Origin: Chrysomallon squamiferum
Taxonomy: Eukaryota > Animalia > Mollusca
Assembly: GCA_012295275.1 (NCBI GenBank)
Contig: CM022673.1
Coordinates: forward strand, 14,632,001-14,696,000
Length of the DNA: 64,000 nucleotides
Reading direction: 5' to 3'
Below, in pieces: positions 56,174-64,000 of the stretch (position 1 is the stretch's first letter; each line of letters begins with the position of its first letter). The notes beneath the pieces were generated by a model. It saw only the letters and a program-made list of their open reading frames with translations, did not search any database and was not told the origin of the DNA. Position numbers and translations under genes: made by a program.

Positions 56174-58069
56174 TTACGGCATGCCACCAAGCGCCGTAGC
56201 CTTCCTCCTGGTTCCTGCTGTTGCCCCAGGTCGCCTCTGTCTCTTCACGCCAACAGGAAGAGGAGATCGTCGTGGTAAAGACAGAACCTTCAGTCGACTG
56301 TGTTCATCAAATCCAGCCTCTATACAACCGTTCGAGAGAACCACTCTGCCATTAGCCGTCATCAGGCTGTGTACGTCTCGTCTGACCGAGACACTGCGGT
56401 CTTGATTTATCGAGACTTCCAGGAACGGAGTCTGCACGTGACAGATGCCGGTGTGTGGCGACAGTTTGATAATCTTAGGCCCAGTCTCCACTGTTACTTC
56501 TCCACGTGATCTGCGTGTTATTTTGACTCCATTGATGCGAACGATGACCCCTCCTTTAGGCAGATTTTCATACTCGGCTTTCGAAGCAAGATCCAGACAC
56601 TGTGAAACCAGATTCTGTCCGTAACCTTCAGAAGAGAAGAGCAAGTTGACTGAACTGTCTTTAGATAGGTCATTAAAGTTAGGAGTGGCGGGCTCTATCT
56701 GAGTGTAGTCAAATTTGAAACAGCTCATCTCATTGGCAAATTGAATGTCACGTGATGTCATTTTTGCTTGAACTCCTCCTATATCTATGTCCATCGCTGT
56801 TCCATTCTGCAGCAGTTTAATGATGGGATGGAAAATGCTGCTCATGTTTCCTTTGCTGCTTAAAGCGATCGCCATTTGACGGTTGTGACTGACCAGACGA
56901 ACTGTTCGGTCCACCAGCATCTCTACAGAAATGTCGTCTTTGAGAAGAACGGTGATCAGCCCAGCATGCGACACGTAGATTGAAGGGTAAATGAATGATG
57001 ACGGCTCTCCAGAAAAGTCGAACTGGTTAGGAGCTGAAGGATGGAACTCTGGATACGTTGGAGGTGGGGGAGGAGGTGGAGGTGGGGGTGGCGTTTGGTA
57101 TTCATTATTCCCCGAAACATAAGAACCGTTGTTGCTCCAGTAATGCTGTGGTGCGCTCTGAGGACGGGGTGGCGTTTGAGGAGTGTAATCCAAGGGAGTT
57201 GTCCACGTAGCCCATGTATTGCCTTGCGAGCCCTGTGATGAATACTGGAAGCCGTTGTTGACTGGAGGGTTAGACTGCGTTACTTGGTTCGTGTACTGAT
57301 AACCGTTGTTTGCAGGCGGGTTGTTCTGTGTCCCCTGAGACGAGTACTGGAAGCCATTGTTGACGTTAGGGTTAGCTTGTTGCTGCAAGTACTGAGGTGG
57401 AAGAGCATTTGAGAGATGCTGAATTAAATTATCCTGGGGTGCTGGTTGAACCTGGCCTGTATACATCTGATTACCCCATTCAGAACTGAGATAACTGGCG
57501 GTGGTCTCTGGCACAGAAACGTTATACTGCTGTGACATGTACATAATACTCTGAGTCTGTGGCTCACCGCATTCGTTCGATGTGTCCAACGCCATAGCAC
57601 CTTGAATGTCTTGATTTGCAATTGGAATTTCTTCTCCATTTTCTGTTTTATGAATCTTCCCGATGTCCGTGGTTACAACGTAAGGCGAAGAATGTTTACA
57701 AATAACTTCAATCTCGTCGTCAGTTATAGACGAATCCCAGGCACTGGAATGTGTATGTTCTTCTGTAGCCACGTCCAGCATTTCACCCTGCTCTATTTCT
57801 GTGTCATCGGGAGTTACTTTTAGTACCTCACCTTCTGCAGGAACAATATCTTCATTAGCAGGCTTGTCTGCAAAGTTATTCAGATTAATGTCTTGTATTG
57901 ACTTTGAAATCTGCTGAGCTTCCTCTGCGTTTTCAACGTCATCAACAACTCTGTGCATCATATCTGTCAAAACATCAAGAGCAATACTACCTGGGTGTTC
58001 TTGGTTACAAATAACATCTTCTTCCGAGTCTTGCTTGTTGCAGATGTTGTTGTGTGTTCCTCTATCCAT
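56174..58069 (-). CDS. Intronless 631-aa protein: acidic N-terminus, Q/N/Y-rich repeats, poly-Pro, beta-rich C-terminal domain (possibly Wurstfest/Fest-like)
   Basis: 1896-nt uninterrupted ORF with coding-like composition in AT-rich surroundings. The C-terminal GLITVLLKDDISVEMLVDRTVRLVSH..AIALSSKG..IFHP segment resembles my recollection of Drosophila Fest (unverified). Confidence 0.9.
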   Translation of the reverse strand: MDRGTHNNICNKQDSEEDVICNQEHPGSIALDVLTDMMHRVVDDVENAEEAQQISKSIQDINLNNFADKPANEDIVPAEGEVLKVTPDDTEIEQGEMLDVATEEHTHSSAWDSSITDDEIEVICKHSSPYVVTTDIGKIHKTENGEEIPIANQDIQGAMALDTSNECGEPQTQSIMYMSQQYNVSVPETTASYLSSEWGNQMYTGQVQPAPQDNLIQHLSNALPPQYLQQQANPNVNNGFQYSSQGTQNNPPANNGYQYTNQVTQSNPPVNNGFQYSSQGSQGNTWATWTTPLDYTPQTPPRPQSAPQHYWSNNGSYVSGNNEYQTPPPPPPPPPPPTYPEFHPSAPNQFDFSGEPSSFIYPSIYVSHAGLITVLLKDDISVEMLVDRTVRLVSHNRQMAIALSSKGNMSSIFHPIIKLLQNGTAMDIDIGGVQAKMTSRDIQFANEMSCFKFDYTQIEPATPNFNDLSKDSSVNLLFSSEGYGQNLVSQCLDLASKAEYENLPKGGVIVRINGVKITRRSRGEVTVETGPKIIKLSPHTGICHVQTPFLEVSINQDRSVSVRRDVHSLMTANGRVVLSNGCIEAGFDEHSRLKVLSLPRRSPLPVGVKRQRRPGATAGTRRKATALGGMP

Positions 58070-58166
58070 GTTTTCAGGAACATGGACATAAACAAAACTT
58101 ATTTTAAAATATTGTCGGGTTTGTAAATATTTCGGTAATAACTGGCAGCATACTATAAAATGTGTA

Positions 58167-58191
58167 TGACGTCACAGTTGCAATGACGTCA
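58167..58191. promoter_or_regulatory. Tandem palindromic CRE sites (TGACGTCA x2)
   Basis: TGACGTCA at 58167-58174 and 58184-58191, about 100 nt upstream of the 631-aa ORF start. Confidence 0.6.
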
Positions 58192-58258
58192 CTTACCAGG
58201 AGTCCGTAACCGTTCTGCATTTCATAAAGTAATTTGAATTGAAATATTTTGTTAACGA

Positions 58259-58305
<47 letters not shown>

Positions 58306-58398
58306 TCATTAGTTTCACGAAAATGACAAAATAAAACGTAGTTTATAATTTTTTTATTTAGAACTGCATTATTGTTAGAAGTGATATTGTTTGTTTTA

Positions 58399-58466
<68 letters not shown>

Positions 58467-59671
58467 TTAACTTTTTTATGCAAAACTGTAAATAATAAAT
58501 GTCAATTTATTTTAATTATACTTGTTTTTTGTTATTTATTTATGTATTTGTTACATAAAGCTTGTGATTCACTCCTGGTATAGTCATACAAGAATAAAGT
58601 AACAACGTTTAAAAATTATTATTTCTTTAATTTATTATTATTGTGAACATCATCATCATCATTAGTAGTAGTTGTAGTAGTTACCTAGTTTATTAACAAT
58701 GTCTCTTATATTTTTATATGATGTTACTATTATCGAATTCGTCCTTTTAGAAAAGAAAACTATCAGCAATTATATCTATTTGTTATGAAACGAACTTATG
58801 TATTAAATAATATATTACTAGAATAACCTTTCTTGTATAAGATTTAGTCAATGTTAACGAGACTTTACAAAATGTAAAACAGTGCAAAACCAAGAATAAC
58901 ATGCATTCCCGTGACTGAGAAATCTTAAGTTTTAGTAACTTGGCAACTACCTAAACCGCGTGAGAAAATACTGGCAGAGTCGGCGCAGTTTATAGCAAAA
59001 TAAACAGTTTGTGATCTAACAGTAAGGAACGTATAATTAAATTCTGGCCGACGTGTATGTTTTACGAGATTTCGCTGCAGGAGTCTACCTTTCACACTCT
59101 AATTTCGAATTTTTATTTGCCTCGATGCGTCACACCATGCATGACCAAACACATCTCGAGTGTAAAGGTCAGCTGTGAGGCGCGACATCTAAAACTTTGA
59201 GTGACCACATCAAACCGTAGTGTTGTTTTCACAGTATCTGGGACAAATGATTTGTCGGGTATGTATTTGACAGTCTTTTAATTCATATATTTATTAATAA
59301 CACCGTTCATAACATATTTATTACAATACTATATAAATAACTTGTGTTGCAGTTATATACTACAGCGTATATCTGGATTGCAGGGTTTAAAAATAAAAAG
59401 ACCTCGTGATCAGAGAAGATGTACAGTTTTTGTCTGTCAGAATGTAATTAGTCATTCCTTGTTTTAACTGATAGTCTCTCTCTCTCCATCCATAATTTGT
59501 ATGTTTATTTTCAATAAAACCTTAATACATATCTCATGCTCGATTAGTTACAAAAATTGCATTTAAAAAAAAAACCACAACCCCCCCCCATAAAAACAGC
59601 AACCGAAAAACTCACACAAGCTTGCAGAAAGTTAAATTGTACGTGTTTGTAACTACTGTGCATAGGCATTA

Positions 59672-59704
<33 letters not shown>

Positions 59705-59818
59705 TTAATTTAGTACTAGTATTGGTACTATTATTATAAACAAAATTTAAAAGTTGAAAACGTGTAGTAATTTATATTATGTTAATTTACAGATCATTGT
59801 TTCATGTTACAGTTGACG

Positions 59819-60586
59819 ATGTTTCCAGCCAAAGATCCTCGACTCTCCTGGTTCAGATACATTCGTGCATGTTTTATTTTAACAGCGGACATCATGCTGC
59901 TTATTATGCTTCGTGTGCTCGAGGTATTCCGATCGTTCCCGAGACTTACACCAGCTGTCACTAAGTTGATCAGATTTGTCGAGTGGATTCCAGAAAAATT
60001 TCAAGGACTTACAGTCAAGATTTCAACTTTCGGAATCACGAATGTTCGATTTTTTCACATCATTCGCGCCTGGAAATACGAGCTCTATAAGTTGTCGGAA
60101 GTTGGCAAAAAGGCCCCGGATGTCGACGTAGTGAAATACGAAGGAGGTGTTTGTCGTCTGCTTGATTTCATGAAGAAAGGACGCCCTCTGGTGGTGGTGT
60201 TTGGAAGTTGTACCTGACCTCCTTTTATAGAGCACTTCAAGGATGTCAGAAAAGCTATCAGAACGTTTTCTGACGTCGCTGATTTTGTCGTCGTGTATCT
60301 GGAAGAAGCTCATCCTCCACAATGGTGGACTCGTCCCAACAACTACGTGATCAACATCCACGAAGATATCAAAGAACGTCTGCAAGCAGCGTCCATTTTG
60401 AAAGAGCTTGGAGTTCCGTGTGATCTCGTTCTGGACGACATGGACAACGCCGCCAACCGCGCTTTTGGAGGACAACCAGAACGTGTGTGTGTCGTTGAGG
60501 ACGGTGTTTTGACGTATGAAAGTGCGAAAGGCCCGTTTGGGTTCACCATGAAAGAAGTTGAAAAACGACTGTCCAAACTTCAGTAA
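59819..60586 (+). CDS. DIO: Iodothyronine deiodinase-family selenoprotein (255 aa from ATG 59819; Sec at TGA 60215-60217)
   Basis: ORFs 59804-60217 and 60293-60586 are in one frame, separated only by TGA in RPLVVVFGSCT-U-PPF. Other family motifs: APD, ADFVVVYLEEAHP, LVLDDMDN, PERVCVV, KGPFGF; hydrophobic N-terminal segment. The start may instead be ATG 59804 or a spliced ATG at 59247. Confidence 0.95.
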
Positions 60587-60592
60587 ACTTAA

Positions 60593-60630
<38 letters not shown>

Positions 60631-60693
60631 TATTTTAGAAAGTCAACTAAAAGAAATTAATTAATAGTGTTTGATAATTTCATGTTAAAATGT

Positions 60694-60768
60694 TGTTTGA
60701 AGTGTTACAATGATGAAACAAATAAAAAAATAAAAATGTTTGTTTTGGATACGAAAACACAACAAACA
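60694..60768 (+). promoter_or_regulatory. SECIS element (type I) in the deiodinase 3'UTR
   Basis: Helix I TGTTTG-aa-GTGTT / AACAC-aa-CAAACA; core ATGAT (60710-60714) / GGAT (60747-60750) with tandem G.A pairs; helix II GAAACAAATA / TGTTTGTTTT (10 bp); A-rich apical loop. Confidence 0.88.
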
Positions 60769-60896
60769 GTTAAAAAGATACATGTTGGTTTATTTAATAC
60801 TGTTTGTTTGTTTGTTTTCTTCAAATACTTTTTTCTTGTTTGTTTGTTTCAATGTTTTAAAAAAATGTGAAAAAAGACATGTATTTCTATAGTTTT

Positions 60897-60960
60897 AATA
60901 AAATACGACTCAAAGATATGGGTGATGGTGTGGGTGTGGGTGTGGGTGTGGGTGTGTCTG
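60897..60960 (+). terminator. Probable poly(A) signal of the deiodinase gene with GT-rich downstream element
   Basis: AATAAA at 60897-60902 followed by a (GGTGTG)n tract. Confidence 0.5.
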
Positions 60961-61241
60961 TGAGTGTGTTTGTAAAATATAGCAGTTTTTACCAATAAAT
61001 AAAAATTACTGAAAGTTTCTCTATTATTTTTACTTTATATATTTATTTATTTATTTATTTATTTATGTATTTATTTATTTACTTACGTACTTAGTTTTAT
61101 TTCTTATTTTTGTATTGCTAAATACACTGTTATTATAAGAAGTATTGTGAAATAAACCGTCAAGTAAAGATACATACTGAATTAGTAAAATAAATAGAGA
61201 CCACAAATTAAATAACCCCTGAAATAACTGTTAATAGCACC

Positions 61242-61243
<2 letters not shown>

Positions 61244-61327
<84 letters not shown>
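61244..61327. repeat. (GA)n microsatellite
   Basis: Perfect GA run. Confidence 0.97.
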
Positions 61328-61330
<3 letters not shown>

Positions 61331-61798
61331 CACTATCAATACAGATATTTAGTAATGCCCACCTCCTTATTACAGACAAACTTATCTCAGTTATCTCCCC
61401 TTGGACAAAGCTATTTTATGTTAACATTCTTGTACGTGTTTGTGTATTTTTTTCACTTTTTCAATGCTGACCCCAGTCTACACTAGACTTTATTGTCATT
61501 AGTAAATTCTGCAGTCATCGTCATCCCTCCCACATTTTCATACAAATCTTCTCTCAAAAATAATCGCAACGTTTAAAACGTTCATTCTGAACAAACTTCT
61601 GCCGTTCGCGTTAATTTAGAAATTTAGCTTGTCTCTGTTTTAAATATCAGGTGGATGGACACACAGCTTCTTGGATACTTTGTTTCAGAAACAAAATATG
61701 GTTTATTTCCGACTTTTTTTCTTCTTCTTCTTCCCTTTTTTTTTTTTTTTATAATGACCTCCCTGAGTAATTTTTCTATTTTAAAAAATGCGTACAGA

Positions 61799-63390
61799 TC
61801 ACTTGACAGGCATGTTTCGTCTTAAAGAATCAACGTAAATCCACTCCAGTGCTCTGTCTGGAGGCAGCAGTTTACAATAAAATAGTCCTGCACGTTCTCC
61901 TAAAGCTGCGCTGTTGGGGGTCTTGTAGGACACACCCGTCACGTGCAACTCGTGTCCGATCGTCTGAACCAGTAGCTGACTCTGTTCCCAGGACTTGTCC
62001 GACTGGGTCAGTAGGTCGTCATGGAAGATAATTCCGCGGTGTTTTTTGTTGAATCGTTCCTGCGCAAGTTTGTCCGCTTTGTGATAAGCAGTAAGAAAAG
62101 CAGCCTATAAAATATAAAAATTTAAACTAAGAATAAAAAGTAAAAAGTAAAATGTGAGCTATATTATAAAAAGTAATAAAAACAAAAACACCACCACCAT
62201 CACCAACAACAGCAACAAGATCACCATCACCACCAACAACAACATCACCACCACCACCATCACCAACAACAGCAACAAGATCACCACCACCACCAACAAC
62301 AACAACATCACCACCACCACCAACAACAACAACATCACCACCACCACCAACAACAACAATAATAACTACAATAACTAAGACAACAACAACAATAATAAAG
62401 ATCGTTCTCCTTTCTACTTTTTTATACGCATATTCACCTACACTGTATGTATCCACGGAGAATCAAAAATCAAACACCTTACTCAAATGAAACGTCAACC
62501 AATTTAAACTGATTCACTGTATTTTTATGAATACACAATAAAGACGATATACATAAATACTAATTGACTTACGTAATTGAAATCTTTACAGGTGTAGTTG
62601 CGGTGCACTGTGGTGTTCTCCAGCGCTTTCTGTATCCGTTCCGGACCCAGCATCCTCGCCGCGATCTCCAGCGGCGCGTGGGGCTGTTTCAGATCACCGC
62701 TCTGAGACCACGTGATGTCAGCGAAACTGACTACAGACGTCTCTGCTGTGTCGTGCATTAGTGTTGGGGGAATGTCAGTGGCGTCCCCTACTATGAAACC
62801 TTCAACCTAACAATAATAATAATAATAATAATAATAATAATTTTAATAATAATAATGACCGAAACTTTACAAGAAAGATAATCCGCTAATGCCAACGCAA
62901 TAAATGGAGTTGTCTCCCTTAAATACATTTTAATTATTATACAAAATAAATAAATTGCTGCGGACTATCTGTATAAACTGTAAAGAGTAAAATAGTAATA
63001 AATAATAATAAAATAATAATAATAAAAAAAATTAATGGAATTTATTATTTAAACTTAGATGTTAATCTTGTACCATCTGTTTATATTCTTGTGGGATTCT
63101 GTAGCTACACACACACACACACACACGCACGCACACACATACTGACAAACATACGCACGCACGCATCCACGCACACACAAATATAAATATGCATTTACAT
63201 AAAAATTTAGATTTTTGATAACAAAATACATCTTGTAAAATAGTGAATGTAATGAATAATAAATAAATAATCATACACGTAGGAGCTGTGACTGTTTTCC
63301 TGCGAGGCCAGACAACCATTTCTGTACAGTTCTAACAAAATAAGACTCGAAATTGTCGTTGTGTGTCAAACGTTTCACATCCAAGATAGC
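61799..63390 (-). CDS. Last three exons of an uncharacterised protein (5' part beyond the window)
   Basis: Phase-0 GT-AG exons 63390-63277 (AILDVKRL..QLLR), 62806-62573 (VEGFIVGD..CKDFNY) and 62104-61799 (AAFLTAY..GLFYCKLLPPDRALEWIYVDSLRRNMPVK-stop); 218 codons with no internal stop. Confidence 0.85.
62180..62395. repeat. Compound (ACC/AAC)n repeat with internal duplication, intronic
   Basis: The block CCACCACCATCACCAACAACAGCAACAAGATCACCA repeats at a 60-nt offset. Confidence 0.9.
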
Positions 63391-63396
63391 CTAAAA

Positions 63397-63427
<31 letters not shown>

Positions 63428-63606
63428 ATAGAGAAAGAAAGAAAGAAAATATCTAATGTCAAGCACAATCTTAAATAAAAATGGTTGTGAGATAAAAAGT
63501 TAAATGTCAGATAAACGTATTAAAGGGAGACAACAGTGGGTTTTTTTGTTTGTTTGTTTTTCCTTTTTTTTTTCTTTTTAAATTTTAATGTGTGTGTGTG
63601 TGTGTG

Positions 63607-63644
<38 letters not shown>

Positions 63645-63647
<3 letters not shown>

Positions 63648-63933
63648 CCGTACCTGACCGAGGAAAATGATTCAAATGCTCATAACCAAACTGGCGAATT
63701 TGCTGTGTTTTTTATTTTTTTTTTTTTTTTTTTTTTTTATACAATGATTTTATTTCAAAAATATGAAATATATGTCTCTATTCCGATAGAAACGATATCC
63801 ACTGAATGAATTTGTTTATGTCTACGGTTACCGTTTGAAGTCCCCAGACCCCTCGCCCTAATTTGTTTGCCCCGCTCTGCTCGGTGATTAAATAGTTTTG
63901 CCTCATTTCAAAAAGAATCTAGTTACGACCATG
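63645..63933. mobile_element. MITE copy 2 (homologous to 16787-17058), left TIR decayed
   Basis: Shares TCTCTATTCCGATAGAA-CGATATCCACTGAATGAATT-GTTTATGTCTACGGTTACC and TTTTGCCTCATTTCAAAAAGA-TCTAGTTACGACCATG with copy 1. Confidence 0.8.
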
Positions 63934-63973
<40 letters not shown>

Positions 63974-64000
63974 ACTTTTTCTTTCTATATGTTTGTATGT

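Noticed and set aside
58153-58196. Minus-strand GTAAGT...TTTTATAG mini-intron in the 5'UTR of the 631-aa gene
   Set aside because: At 44 nt it is much shorter than the other introns here; unsupported without RNA data.
60215-60217. Deiodinase as a pseudogene with a premature stop
   Set aside because: The only stop is TGA at the family's Sec position, the frame is otherwise intact, and a SECIS follows.
60023-60576. Antisense ORFs (150 aa and 77 aa) over the deiodinase
   Set aside because: Shadow frames of the real + strand CDS.

Overview
This is AT-rich, microsatellite-dense eukaryotic DNA with GT-AG introns and a mosaic CpG pattern, most consistent with a lophotrochozoan invertebrate such as a mollusc (inference). 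Positions 1-22.3 kb are non-coding and retain CpGs; they hold minisatellites, palindromes, a MITE and transcription-factor motif clusters, including a perfect DR5 element. At 26,966-54,738 (-) lies a 25-exon, about 1390-aa ADAM of the non-proteolytic mind-meld/UNC-71/ADAM11-22-23 type (HMIGH replaces HExxH), with a probable 4.6-kb 3'UTR. At 56,174-58,069 (-) is an intronless 631-aa gene with a Q/N-rich repeat region and a beta-rich C-terminal domain. At 59,819-60,586 (+) is an iodothyronine deiodinase-family selenoprotein that the ORF track splits in two at an in-frame TGA; a canonical-looking SECIS hairpin follows at 60,694-60,768 and carries AATAAA signals at its apex. At 61,799-63,390 (-) are the last three exons of an uncharacterised gene. 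All splice models, folds and motifs were derived by eye; no database searches were run.
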